Positions 8,840 to 20,700 of a stretch of DNA of 28,153 bases are shown one piece after another. The position numbers and the translations under genes are program-made. This stretch comes from Chthoniobacteraceae bacterium (lineage in GTDB: Bacteria; Verrucomicrobiota; Verrucomicrobiia; Chthoniobacterales; Chthoniobacteraceae), in contig JANNWY010000091.1 of the NCBI GenBank assembly GCA_031409335.1, forward strand, positions 1 to 28,153. Direction: 5' to 3'. A model generated the notes under the pieces. The model was not told where the DNA came from. It was given only the letters and a program-made list of their open reading frames with translations, and searched no databases. Numbering within the stretch: position 1 is the first letter of the stretch; every line of letters starts with the position of its first letter.

Positions 8840-9820
8840 ATGTCTCCCGTCCCTCGCTCGCTGGCCGTCGTCTCACTCGTCGCAACGTGTCTTTCCGCCC
8901 GCGCCGCCGTGGAGGTAAAGGAATTGCCGGATCGCGTGCGGGTGGAGATCGGCGGGAAACTTTTCACCGAAGTGCGCCACGGGGATTCGCCGCATGTCTA
9001 TTACTGGCCGCTGATCGGACCGGGCGGTGTGAAGATGACGCGGGCGTGGCCGATGGCGGAAGTGCCGGGCGAGGAGCAGGATCATGTGCATCACCGCTCG
9101 ATGTGGTTTTCGCATGGCCTGGTAAATGGCGTGGATTTCTGGGGCGAACCCGCTTCTTACAAAGGCACGCCGAAACATCCGGTCGGGAAGATCGTGCTCG
9201 AAAAAGTCGTGGCCGCGAAGAGCGGCGAGATCGGCATCGTCACGACTTTGCAAAAGTGGATCGCGCCAGATGGGTCAGTGCCGGTGACGAGTTTGCAGAC
9301 CCTGCGCGTGTATGAGCGACCTGAGACGGAGCGGATGTTCGACTTTGAAGTGACGCTGACGGCGGGCGAAAAAGATGTGACGATCGGCGATACGAAAGAA
9401 GGCACGTTTGCCATTCGCATCGCAGAGTCGATGCGGCTGAAAGGCGCGAAAAACACGGCGAGCGCGGGACGCATCGTGAACAGCGAAGGGCTGCGCGATG
9501 ACAAGGTGTGGGGCGCTCGCGCGAAGTGGGTGGAAATGAGCGGGCCAGTCGATGGGAAGACTTATGGCATCGCGATTTTCGATCATCCATCGAACCTGCG
9601 CCACCCGACGCGCTGGCACGCGCGGGACTACGGACTTTTCGCGGCGAACCCTTTTTGCGAAGTGGAAATGGACAAGTCGCAGCCGAAGGGCGCGGGCGAT
9701 TTCGCGCTCGCGGCAGGAAAGAGCGTCACTTTCAAATACCGCGTCGTGATTCACTCGGGCGAGCCGGATGTGGCGGCGATTGACGCGCTATTCACCGAAT
9801 TTACCAAAGCCTCGAAGTAA
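8840..9820 (+). CDS. Secreted PmoA-like/DUF6807 family protein
   Basis: Signal peptide; motifs DHVHHRSMWFSHG, GDTKEG, IFDHPSN and WHARDYGLFAANPF. Confidence 0.8.
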   Translation: MSPVPRSLAVVSLVATCLSARAAVEVKELPDRVRVEIGGKLFTEVRHGDSPHVYYWPLIGPGGVKMTRAWPMAEVPGEEQDHVHHRSMWFSHGLVNGVDFWGEPASYKGTPKHPVGKIVLEKVVAAKSGEIGIVTTLQKWIAPDGSVPVTSLQTLRVYERPETERMFDFEVTLTAGEKDVTIGDTKEGTFAIRIAESMRLKGAKNTASAGRIVNSEGLRDDKVWGARAKWVEMSGPVDGKTYGIAIFDHPSNLRHPTRWHARDYGLFAANPFCEVEMDKSQPKGAGDFALAAGKSVTFKYRVVIHSGEPDVAAIDALFTEFTKASK

Positions 9821-9847
9821 CCGACGTTTCCCAACTCAAACATCCCG

Positions 9848-11365
9848 ATGAAACCACAAATCAGCCGCCGCACTTTCCTAAAATCCACCATCGCCGCGTC
9901 CGCCGCGCTCTCACTACCCGCGCGCCTCCATGCCCAGGCACGCGGCGCGAACGAAGACATCCGCGTCGGCGTCATCGGCTTCAATAGCCGTGGCGGTGAT
10001 CACATCGGAAACTACATGCGCATCAAAGGCGTGCGGCTCGTGGCGCTGTGCGACGTGGACACGCGCGTGCTGGAAAAGGGCAAGGCGCAGCTCATGGCTA
10101 AAGGCGCGGACGTGACAACTTATCAGGACGTCCGAAAAATGCTGGAGAGCAAGGATGTCGATGCGATCTCGATCGCGACGCCGAATCACTGGCATGCGCT
10201 CGGGGCGATCTGGGGCTGCCAGGCGGGCAAGGATGTGTACGTGGAAAAGCCCGTGTCGCACAATGTCTGGGAGGGCCGCCAGCTCGTGAAGGCTGCGGAG
10301 GTTCACAATCGCGTCGTGCAAATGGGCGTGCAGAGCCGCAGCGGTGTCGGCCTCGCCAACGCGCTGACGTGGCTAAAATCCGCGCCGCTCGGGAAGCTGA
10401 AATACGCCCGCGCGCTGTGCTACAAAAGGCGCGCGAGCATTGGCAAAGTCGCGACGGAAACTGCGTGGCCGGCGGAGATCGACAAGGATTTGTGGTACGG
10501 CCCGGCGGAGGTGAAGCCGCTGATGCGCGAGAAGCTGCACTACGACTGGCACTGGGTGTGGAATACCGGGAATGGCGATCTCGGAAACCAGGGTATTCAC
10601 CAGATGGACATCGCGCGCCGTTTCATCGGCGAAGAAGCGCTGTCGCCCGCGGTGTGGGCGCTCGGCGGACGGGTGGGCTATGTCGATGACGGCGAGACGC
10701 CGAATTCGATGATCGTTTTCCACGACTACAAAGCCGCGCCGCTGATCTTTGAAGTGCGCGGACTGCCCGCGAAGACCGGTGCGAAGGACATGGACCGCCA
10801 CCGCATGTCGCCCGGTGTCGGCGTGCTGGTGCAATATGACAACGGCTATGTCGTCTGCCCGGATTACAACAACGCGGCGGTTTACAACGAGAAGGACGAA
10901 CTGCTCCGCACATTTGGAAATCCATCCGTGCCGAAGGATGCGGTGAAGGCCGCGGAATTTGAAGCGATGCCGAGCGAGGGCGGGCAGGAGGCGGAGAATC
11001 ACTACGCCAATTTCATCAAGGTGGTGCGCAGCCGGAAGCTGGCGGACCTTCACGGAAACATCACCGACGGCCATATCTCCAGCGCGCTGTGCCACACTGG
11101 CAATATCGCCTACCGGCTCGGGAAACAGACCGCGCCGGATGCGATCCGCGAAAAGCTGAAGGGAAATGCCGACGCGATGGATTCATTCGACCGGCTCGCG
11201 GGACACCTCGCGGCAAACGGCGTGGACCTCACGATGGACAAACTCGCGCTCGGCGAATTCCTCAAGATGGACCCCAAGACGGAAAAGTTCATCGGCAACG
11301 CCGCCGCCGACGCGCTGCTGACGCGGGATTACCGCGCGCCATTCGTCATACCGCAGACGGTCTGA
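9848..11365 (+). CDS. Tat-exported Gfo/Idh/MocA family oxidoreductase
   Basis: Twin-arginine SRRTFLK; motifs VGVIGFNSRG, IATPNHWH, DVYVEKP and GDLGNQGIHQMD. Confidence 0.92.
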   Translation: MKPQISRRTFLKSTIAASAALSLPARLHAQARGANEDIRVGVIGFNSRGGDHIGNYMRIKGVRLVALCDVDTRVLEKGKAQLMAKGADVTTYQDVRKMLESKDVDAISIATPNHWHALGAIWGCQAGKDVYVEKPVSHNVWEGRQLVKAAEVHNRVVQMGVQSRSGVGLANALTWLKSAPLGKLKYARALCYKRRASIGKVATETAWPAEIDKDLWYGPAEVKPLMREKLHYDWHWVWNTGNGDLGNQGIHQMDIARRFIGEEALSPAVWALGGRVGYVDDGETPNSMIVFHDYKAAPLIFEVRGLPAKTGAKDMDRHRMSPGVGVLVQYDNGYVVCPDYNNAAVYNEKDELLRTFGNPSVPKDAVKAAEFEAMPSEGGQEAENHYANFIKVVRSRKLADLHGNITDGHISSALCHTGNIAYRLGKQTAPDAIREKLKGNADAMDSFDRLAGHLAANGVDLTMDKLALGEFLKMDPKTEKFIGNAAADALLTRDYRAPFVIPQTV

Positions 11366-11397
11366 GGGCGTTTTGCGCACAATCCAGAAAATGGGCG

Positions 11398-11425
11398 TTG
11401 CCAGCATGGCGACGGTCCGTATAGT
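11398..11425 (+). promoter_or_regulatory. Sigma70-like promoter for the small basic protein gene
   Basis: TTGCCA-N16-TATAGT, 32 nt upstream of ATG 11458. Confidence 0.55.
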
Positions 11426-11457
11426 CCCGCCCCTTTCGTAACCGGAGTCACACTTTT

Positions 11458-11613
11458 ATGTCACAGCATCGCAGCCTCAAAGGCCTCAGCACCATCGCCG
11501 CCAAACGCAACGTTTTGAAACGTTTCGAGCGGGTCGAGCTTCTCAAGAAGCGCGGTCAGTTCAAGGCTGGCGACAAGGTCATCGGCCTGCGCAAGACCAA
11601 GCCCGAGGCTTAG
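11458..11613 (+). CDS. PVC-superphylum small basic signature protein (51 aa; absent from the ORF track)
   Basis: Manual translation MSQHRSLKGLSTIAAKRNVLKRFERVELLKKRGQFKAGDKVIGLRKTKPEA matches the MS.H.SL...RNVL.R.ER...GL.K.K pattern. Confidence 0.9.
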   Translation: MSQHRSLKGLSTIAAKRNVLKRFERVELLKKRGQFKAGDKVIGLRKTKPEA

Positions 11614-11848
11614 GGTGGTTGGCCGGTTTCTCCGGCGACCAAATGTCTGTATTTTGGTTCGCTTCGCAAGTGAACCACGCACCTCTCGCATTCGGATTTT
11701 GCGAAGTGGTGCTTTTCTTCGACGCGAGTCATTCATGTGACGCATTGTCGGAATCCAGCACAACCAATCGTCGGACGGCGCGGATTGTTTTCGTAGGAAC
11801 CGAAATCCTTGACGTTTCAAAATGAAATCCGCAGCAGTCGCGGACATT

Positions 11849-12571
11849 ATGAAAAATAAACTCCTCGCGGAATTCTTCGGAACCTTTTGGCTGGTATTTG
11901 GCGGCTGCGGCAGTGCCGTCCTCGCTGCCAAATTCATCGCAACTGAGGGCGCAACGCCCATCAATCTCGGAATCGGCCTCGTCGGTGTGTCGCTCGCCTT
12001 CGGTTTGACCGTGCTGACGATGGCGTTCGCAATCGGCCACGTTTCCGGCTGTCACCTGAATCCCGCGGTTTCGGTCGGTCTGTGTGTTGGCGGACGTTTC
12101 AGCAAGTCTGAGTTGATCCCTTACATCATTTCTCAGGTTGTCGGCGGCGTCGCCGGCGCGGGGGTGCTGTATCTCATCGCCAGTGGTCAGGACGGTTTCT
12201 CGACCGCGGGCGGCTTCGCATCGAATGGCTTCGGCGAACATTCGCCCGGCAAGTATTCGCAGATGTCAGCGTTCATCGCCGAAGTCGTGCTCACTTTCTT
12301 TTTCCTGTTCATCATTCTCGGCTCGACTGACAAGCGCGCTCCGCAAGGATTCGCACCAATCGCCATCGGCCTTGGCTTGACGCTGATCCATCTCATCGGC
12401 ATCCCCGTCACGAATCTTTCCGTGAATCCCGCGCGCAGCACCGATCCGGCGCTTTTCGTGGGCGGCTGGGCGATTCAGCAGCTCTGGCTCTTCTGGGTCG
12501 CTCCGATCATCGGCGCGGCGCTTGCCGGGATCGTCTATCCGATCGTGGCTGGAAAGCCGTCGGACAAATAA
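11849..12571 (+). CDS. aqpZ: Aquaporin Z
   Basis: Motifs [27 protein letters not shown] and SVNPARS (two NPA boxes). Confidence 0.95.
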   Translation: MKNKLLAEFFGTFWLVFGGCGSAVLAAKFIATEGATPINLGIGLVGVSLAFGLTVLTMAFAIGHVSGCHLNPAVSVGLCVGGRFSKSELIPYIISQVVGGVAGAGVLYLIASGQDGFSTAGGFASNGFGEHSPGKYSQMSAFIAEVVLTFFFLFIILGSTDKRAPQGFAPIAIGLGLTLIHLIGIPVTNLSVNPARSTDPALFVGGWAIQQLWLFWVAPIIGAALAGIVYPIVAGKPSDK

Positions 12572-12593
12572 CCGGAAACTTCATCCTGAAACT

Positions 12594-12629
12594 AAAAACG
12601 CCCGGGCGATGCACTCGCCCGGGCGATTT
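12594..12629. terminator. Intrinsic terminator between convergent aqpZ and katG
   Basis: Perfect 11-bp stem CGCCCGGGCGA-tgcac-TCGCCCGGGCG; the AAAAA on its left is the U-tract for katG. Confidence 0.75.
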
Positions 12630-12647
12630 CGTTTCAATCGCCGTGAA

Positions 12648-14897
<2,250 letters not shown>

Positions 14898-14962
14898 TTA
14901 ATGGGTTGGATGGAAATTCGGGATCACTCATCCAGTGAACCAACTCGCGAGGTATTGTTGAA

Positions 14963-14999
14963 ATAATTTTTTCCTCTCGCTACCATAACTGCAGCCTAT
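14963..14999. promoter_or_regulatory. OxyR-type operator between divergent katG and oxyR
   Basis: ATAA-N7-CTCT-N7-ATAA-N7-CTAT, compared with the consensus ATAG-N7-CTAT-N7-ATAG-N7-CTAT. Confidence 0.7.
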
Positions 15000-15921
15000 G
15001 GAAATGCAGCAACTCCGCTACGTCGTCGCCGTCGCACGAACGCGAAATTTCTCGCGTGCTGCCGAGCAATGCCGCGTTTCCCAGCCGTCGCTCAGCCAGC
15101 AAATCCAGAAGCTCGAAGATGAGCTCGGCGAGCGGCTTTTCGAGCGAATGAAGCGCGAGGCCCGTCCGACTTCGCACGGCGACGCCTTCCTGCTCCGCGC
15201 CGTCCGCATCCTCGAGGAAGTGGACGCGGCGAAGCGCGAGGCCACCGATGCGCGCGATCTTTTGCGAGGAACCGTGACGGTTGGCGTGTTGCCGACGATC
15301 GCGCCATACTTGCTCTCTTCCGCGATGTCGGAATTCGCGAGGAAATTTCCCGGCATGGAAATCATCGTGCAGGAAGACACCACCGCACGGCTGCTGAAAC
15401 TCGCACACGCTTACGAGATCGACTTTGCCCTCGCCAGTCTCCCGATCGACGATGAGCGGCTCGAAGTGCGGGAGCTTTTCGCGGAAGAGTTGCTGCTGGC
15501 TCTGCCGCAGGGACATCCGCTCACCCGCAAACGCGCGGTGGCGATCGGCGATCTGGAAAACGAACGACTGATCGTCATGAGGGACGGACATTGTCTCGGC
15601 GATCAAGTGCTCGGGTTCTGCGAACATCGCGGGCTGCAACCAAAAATCAGCTTTCGCAGCGCCCAACTCGAAACGATCCAGGCACTCGTGGCATCCGGCC
15701 TCGGCCTCTCGCTCATTCCGGCGATGGCTGCCAGAAATGACCGCGAGGACTCGCCGGTTTACCGATCGCTCCAGCCGCAAAAGCCGCAGCGAAAGATCGT
15801 CGCCCTCTGGCCAAAACAGCGTCCACCGAGCCGGGGTGCCGGCGAGTTTCTAAAACTCATTGCGCCCGCATCGCGCACTCCGCGGAGCCAAAAGAAGCGC
15901 GCCAAATTCGTCGCCAAATAG
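14998..15921 (+). CDS. oxyR: LysR-family peroxide sensor OxyR
   Basis: LysR HTH (NFSRAAEQCRVSQPSLSQQI); GHCLGDQVLGFC carries the C-X8-C redox pair; divergent from katG. Confidence 0.85.
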   Translation: MEMQQLRYVVAVARTRNFSRAAEQCRVSQPSLSQQIQKLEDELGERLFERMKREARPTSHGDAFLLRAVRILEEVDAAKREATDARDLLRGTVTVGVLPTIAPYLLSSAMSEFARKFPGMEIIVQEDTTARLLKLAHAYEIDFALASLPIDDERLEVRELFAEELLLALPQGHPLTRKRAVAIGDLENERLIVMRDGHCLGDQVLGFCEHRGLQPKISFRSAQLETIQALVASGLGLSLIPAMAARNDREDSPVYRSLQPQKPQRKIVALWPKQRPPSRGAGEFLKLIAPASRTPRSQKKRAKFVAK

Positions 15922-15968
15922 CAGTCGATTGGCGCCTCGCCGCGAAACGAAGGTCCTTTTCCGCTTGA

Positions 15969-16343
<375 letters not shown>

Positions 16344-16453
16344 GAGTTAGAGCGGCAGAAAAATCTTCCGCTCTCCGGTCGGGTCGCGTATAACACAAAA
16401 AGTTCCTCAACGCTCCAAAGGTGTAACCAGGCACGTCCTCACAGAAGAAGATT

Positions 16454-16708
16454 ATGCCAGCAAAAACCACCAAGAAAAAAACTGCGGAAGTCGCAACTGC
16501 GAAAAAGCCTGCCGCAAAAAAGCCAGCCGTCCCAAAGGCGAAAAAAGCGGCGGCTTTCAGCAGAGACGACCTCGCATTGCGCGCCTACTTCATCGCTGAA
16601 AAGCGGCAGAAGCTCGGCCTGACCGGCGATTCACACTCGGACTGGATCGAGGCGGAGCGCCAGCTCGCCGCCGAAAGCCGACCGAAAACAAAATCGAAGA
16701 AGGCCTGA
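16454..16708 (+). CDS. DUF2934-domain protein with a Lys/Ala/Pro-rich histone-H1-like N-terminus
   Basis: LALRAYFIAEKR...GDSHSDWIEAERQL, preceded by AKKPAAKKPA repeats. Confidence 0.78.
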   Translation: MPAKTTKKKTAEVATAKKPAAKKPAVPKAKKAAAFSRDDLALRAYFIAEKRQKLGLTGDSHSDWIEAERQLAAESRPKTKSKKA

Positions 16709-16714
16709 CGGAAC

Positions 16715-17110
16715 TCAGTCCGTGAGGATTTTCGACACCGTTTCCACGAACCGGGAAAGGGTGAACGGCTTCGGAATATAGGCACGCACGCCGGGCTCGC
16801 GCAGGAGTTCCTGCGCCCGGCGATTTGCCGACGCGCCGGACATCAGCACGAGCGGCGGCAACTTCCGATCATCCGGCAGCGCGACGCGGAAAAGCGTGCG
16901 AATGAGCGAATACAGCGTGGCCCCGCTGAGATCGGGCATCGTCAGATCGAAGATGAGCAGATCGTAGTTTTTCTTCAGCACCAGCTCGAAGGCATACTCC
17001 GCGTTTGGAGTCGTATCGATCACGCAATCGCCAATCGTGACCAGCGCTTCGCGCGCGACGCGCAGGATGTCCACATCGTCATCGACGACCAGAATGTTTT
17101 TTTGCTTCAT
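16715..17110 (-). CDS. Stand-alone response regulator receiver (CheY-like)
   Basis: Motifs ILVVDDD, LIFDLTMPDLSG, VLMSG and IPKPF. Confidence 0.88.
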   Translation of the reverse strand: MKQKNILVVDDDVDILRVAREALVTIGDCVIDTTPNAEYAFELVLKKNYDLLIFDLTMPDLSGATLYSLIRTLFRVALPDDRKLPPLVLMSGASANRRAQELLREPGVRAYIPKPFTLSRFVETVSKILTD

Positions 17111-17272
17111 AACGCTTGGGCGCTGGATCGCAGTGGACAACGCCCGACCCGTCAAGCGCGTTCGCCGATAAATCCATCAGGATTCTTCAGGTCGGCTGTA
17201 TATCCAGGGCCGACGCATCAAAGCCAAAAGCTGTCATTTCGACCGGAGCGCAGGCGGATTGGGTTTGATCCG

Positions 17273-18250
17273 CTATCCAGCCAGCGCCGCCCGCCGCTTC
17301 ACAGCGTAGCGTTTCACGAGTTCATCCGCGATCACGCCGAACAGAATCACCGCGCCGATGATCGCGAACTCGATGTTCCCGTGCGTGGTCACGAGCGTGA
17401 TCATGTTTCGCAAGACCTGCATGAGCGCCGCGCCGATGATGACTCCGAGGATGGTCCCCTCCCCGCCGCGCAGGCTGCATCCGCCGAGCACTGCGGCGGC
17501 GATGGCGTAGAGTTCGTAGAAATTTCCGAAATCGACGGGTTGCGCCGAGTTCACATCGAGGACGAAAAGCATTCCACCAAGGCCGGCGAGGCCGGAGCAG
17601 ATGACGTAGGCGAGGATCGTCATGCGATCGGTGGCAATGCCGCTGTAGCGCGCGGCTTCCTCGCTGCGCCCGAGCGCGAGCATGTAGCGTCCGTAGATGG
17701 TGCGATTGAGGAACACGGCGGCGAGCACCGCGACGACGAGCAGGAAAATGCACGGCGCGGGAATGGAGAATCCTTCGATGAACGGGATCGCGGTCTGGCC
17801 AGTGGCGAGAGTGCGGAGGCCTTTGAAGTCGCTGCCGAATCCGACCGTCTGATCATTGGTAAAGCCGCGCGCGATGCCGCGGTAGAGCAGCAGCCCGCAG
17901 AGTGTCACGACGAAGGGCTGAATCTTGAGGCTCGTGATGAGCAGCCCGTGGACGAGCCCGATGCCGAGCGAAATCGCGGCGACGGTGAGCAGCGCAGCGG
18001 GGAGCGACCAGTGATGCGTGGTGAGCAGCCAAGGCAGGCCGCAGCCGACGAGACACACGACGGAGCCGATGGAAAGATCGATGCCGCCGGTGACGATGAC
18101 GAATGCGACACCGATGCCGATGATGCCGAAGAGCGCGGTGCGACGGACGAGATTTTCAAGATTGTATCCGCTCAGAAAACTGTCGCTCGCGAGCGCGGTC
18201 GCGATGCAGACGACGGCGAGCAGTGCGGAGATCCCGAGGATTTTCTTCAT
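17273..18250 (-). CDS. Sugar ABC transporter permease (RbsC-like)
   Basis: Motifs VIVTGGIDLSIGS, IQPFVVTL, GRSEEAARYSGI and ELYAIAAAVLGG.SL.GG.G. Confidence 0.92.
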   Translation of the reverse strand: MKKILGISALLAVVCIATALASDSFLSGYNLENLVRRTALFGIIGIGVAFVIVTGGIDLSIGSVVCLVGCGLPWLLTTHHWSLPAALLTVAAISLGIGLVHGLLITSLKIQPFVVTLCGLLLYRGIARGFTNDQTVGFGSDFKGLRTLATGQTAIPFIEGFSIPAPCIFLLVVAVLAAVFLNRTIYGRYMLALGRSEEAARYSGIATDRMTILAYVICSGLAGLGGMLFVLDVNSAQPVDFGNFYELYAIAAAVLGGCSLRGGEGTILGVIIGAALMQVLRNMITLVTTHGNIEFAIIGAVILFGVIADELVKRYAVKRRAALAG

Positions 18251-18293
18251 TGGAAAAATGGGAAAGGAGGCATGTCTGGGGAGGCTCCGTATT

Positions 18294-18439
18294 ACTTCGA
18301 TGTTCGATGTTCGACGTTCACTGTTCGATGTTCAGCCCCGCGCAGCGGCGGTGGAAAATCGGGAACGCATCCAAATCACCAAGGCGCCTGCGGCGGGCCG
18401 AACATCGAACTTTGAACATCGAACATCGAACATCGAACG
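18294..18439. repeat. 146-bp hairpin element, copy A: (TGTTCGA)x6, a 62-bp core, then (TCGAACA)x6
   Basis: Degenerate heptamer arrays at 18294-18335 and 18398-18439 are mutually inverted; homologous to 22292-22437. Confidence 0.9.
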
Positions 18440-18441
18440 GA

Positions 18442-20640
18442 CTAGACAGATCCCCCTTTTCGCACGCGCTCCAGCCAGCGGCGCATCGTGTCGGCACTGG
18501 GGCTGCCGAGCGATTCGTAAATCGCCAGCGCGCGTTCCCACGCGGCGGCGGCACCAGCGAGATCGCCGAGGCGCTCGAGGCCCGAGCCGATGTTCGAGTG
18601 GGCGCTCGCTTCGCCGGGGTGATTGCGCATTTGCTGGGCGATTCGCAATTGCTGTCCGTAGTGCGTCACCGCCTTTCGCAAATCGCCCTGCCGCGCCCAC
18701 GCCACCCCGAGACTGGCGTGCGCGTGGCTCAGGGTGGCGAGGTCGCCGTTGCGGACCGCCAGATCCAATTGCGCTTCGTAGCGCGCCACGGCGTCCTCGA
18801 TTTTCCCGCGATGCATCGCCACCTGGCCGAGGTAGCCGAGCGCGCGGATTTCGGATGCGGCATCACGCGCCGCGCGCGCAGCGGTGAGTTGTTCCTCGTG
18901 AAAGTGCGCGGCCTTTTCGACATCCTTCAGTCGTGAATGGGCGATGCCCAGATTTTCCAGCGCGTCCAGCTCCGCCACGCGGTCGCCCATTTCGCGGGCG
19001 ATGGTGAGTTCCTGGCCATACAAACCGGCAGTGCTTTGAAAATCACCGAGGATGGCTCTGGCCTGCCCGAGTTTTCCGAGCGCGACCAATTCAGAACCGC
19101 GGTCGCCCACCTCGCGCGCGATTCGCAATTGCGCCTCGAAACAACCCGTCCCGCGATCCGCGAATCCCGCGCCGATCCACCCGACTCCGAGCCAGCCAAG
19201 CGCTTCGGCCTCCGCGCGCTGATCGCGAGATTCACGGGCAAATTCCACCCATCGCTCGAAACAGGCGACGGCCAGACGCGGTTCGCCGGATTTCGCGCGC
19301 GCCTTGCCGAGCAGCGCCAGCGCGGAGATTTCCGCGCGCGGATCTTTCAGCGCGCGCGCGGCAGAGACGGCGGCCTCGAGACACGCGACCGCGGGAGCAT
19401 CGTCACCACCGCCTTCGGGAAAATCCGCGAGGATGCGAAGTGCGTCGGGATAATCCGGCGCGGGTCCGCAGGATGGATCGGCAAAAGGCGCGGGCAGATC
19501 GGTGAGCGAAAAGTCGCTCTCGCTGCGCGATTGAAATCGCTGCACGAACGCGCGTGTCGCTTTCCACACCTCCGGATCGCTCCTGCGGCACGCGCCGTTC
19601 GGCAGCGGGCTTTGGACCACGGAAAGCGGGACGACGACCGCATCCGGCGCGGCGGAGATTCCCGAAAGCGCACGGGCGGCATCGAGCGGTCGCTTGAACG
19701 CGTCCGCCTTTTTCAATTGCGCGAAATGCCAGTCGATCGACTGCGCGGGATTCGCGTGAAGCCGGCTCGCATTCAGCCGCAGCGCTTCGGGCAGATGCCC
19801 GGAAAGTTCCGCGAGCAAATCGAGATGCGTGTCGGTTTCCCGGTTCATCCGGGCATTCGTGGCGCGCAGGAATGCGCGGCCATCAGGCCTGGACAATGGC
19901 TCCAGCGCGATGGTGTCGATGCGCGCAAACGCGATCGGCTCATGCGAAGTCAGCAGCAGCAGCGAGCCCGCGGGCGGGCGGAGCAGCTCGAGATACGGCT
20001 GCGGGCGGACGTTTTCGACGATCAGCAAAATGCGCCGGCCTTCGAGCGACTTCTGATAAAGCGCCGGAAGCTCCGCGAGATCTTTTGGAATCGGCGTGAT
20101 GCGATTCAACGCCCGCACCGCATGACTCATCGCCGCGACGACACCGTTCGCCGCGGCCTCTGCGCCGAGTTTTTCCAAGTCGATATAAACCTGCGCATCC
20201 GGCAACCGCTCGGCAAGCAGATGGCCGAGCGCCGTGACGAATCCCGAGAGACCCACGCCCGTAAACTCCCGCGCCGAAGTGATCGCCAGCGCGTGGGGCG
20301 GCGCGGTCACGTCCAGCAGCGTCAGCGCGCGCGCGAGTTCATTCCGCCGCCCGACGAAAAAAGGCGGCAGCGGCGGGAGCTGGCAGTTCGCGCCCTTCCA
20401 GCCGTGGTCCTTGAGCAGCCGCGCGAGGCGGCCTTCGTATTTCGCCGAGAGCGTGATCTCCCGGGCCACGGTGGTGGAACGCGAAACCGTCAGTTCCGGA
20501 TGGGGCCGCCTCGGCACGGCGGACGGTTCCATGATCGAAATCGCAGGCTTCTTCGCCGTGCCGCGTTTCGCCACGAACAGGATGAAGACGATCAACGGCG
20601 CGAGAACGACAACTGGGATGAGGACTTGTGAGAAATCCAT
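18442..20640 (-). CDS. Membrane-anchored NB-ARC-like (degenerate) / TPR-repeat protein
   Basis: N-terminal TM helix; FVGRRNEL; degenerate P-loop; C-terminal TPR-like repeats (ARE.GDR..E..ALG.LG). Confidence 0.82.
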   Translation of the reverse strand: MDFSQVLIPVVVLAPLIVFILFVAKRGTAKKPAISIMEPSAVPRRPHPELTVSRSTTVAREITLSAKYEGRLARLLKDHGWKGANCQLPPLPPFFVGRRNELARALTLLDVTAPPHALAITSAREFTGVGLSGFVTALGHLLAERLPDAQVYIDLEKLGAEAAANGVVAAMSHAVRALNRITPIPKDLAELPALYQKSLEGRRILLIVENVRPQPYLELLRPPAGSLLLLTSHEPIAFARIDTIALEPLSRPDGRAFLRATNARMNRETDTHLDLLAELSGHLPEALRLNASRLHANPAQSIDWHFAQLKKADAFKRPLDAARALSGISAAPDAVVVPLSVVQSPLPNGACRRSDPEVWKATRAFVQRFQSRSESDFSLTDLPAPFADPSCGPAPDYPDALRILADFPEGGGDDAPAVACLEAAVSAARALKDPRAEISALALLGKARAKSGEPRLAVACFERWVEFARESRDQRAEAEALGWLGVGWIGAGFADRGTGCFEAQLRIAREVGDRGSELVALGKLGQARAILGDFQSTAGLYGQELTIAREMGDRVAELDALENLGIAHSRLKDVEKAAHFHEEQLTAARAARDAASEIRALGYLGQVAMHRGKIEDAVARYEAQLDLAVRNGDLATLSHAHASLGVAWARQGDLRKAVTHYGQQLRIAQQMRNHPGEASAHSNIGSGLERLGDLAGAAAAWERALAIYESLGSPSADTMRRWLERVRKGGSV

Positions 20641-20700
20641 GGGCCTTGGGAGGGAAAGTGACAGTCGCGCGCCGAACTCGGCAAGTATTACTCGCGCCGA

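Noticed and set aside
8840..9820. Methane monooxygenase subunit
   Set aside because: A soluble secreted protein of the misleadingly named PmoA-like family; it lacks the multi-pass membrane topology of true PmoA, and there is no pmoB or pmoC.
11461..11964. 167-aa minus-strand ORF
   Set aside because: It is antisense to the small basic protein gene and to aqpZ, both better supported.
16347..16373. Hairpin AGAGCGG...CCGCTCT after glnB as an intrinsic terminator
   Set aside because: There is no U-tract, so terminator function cannot be supported.
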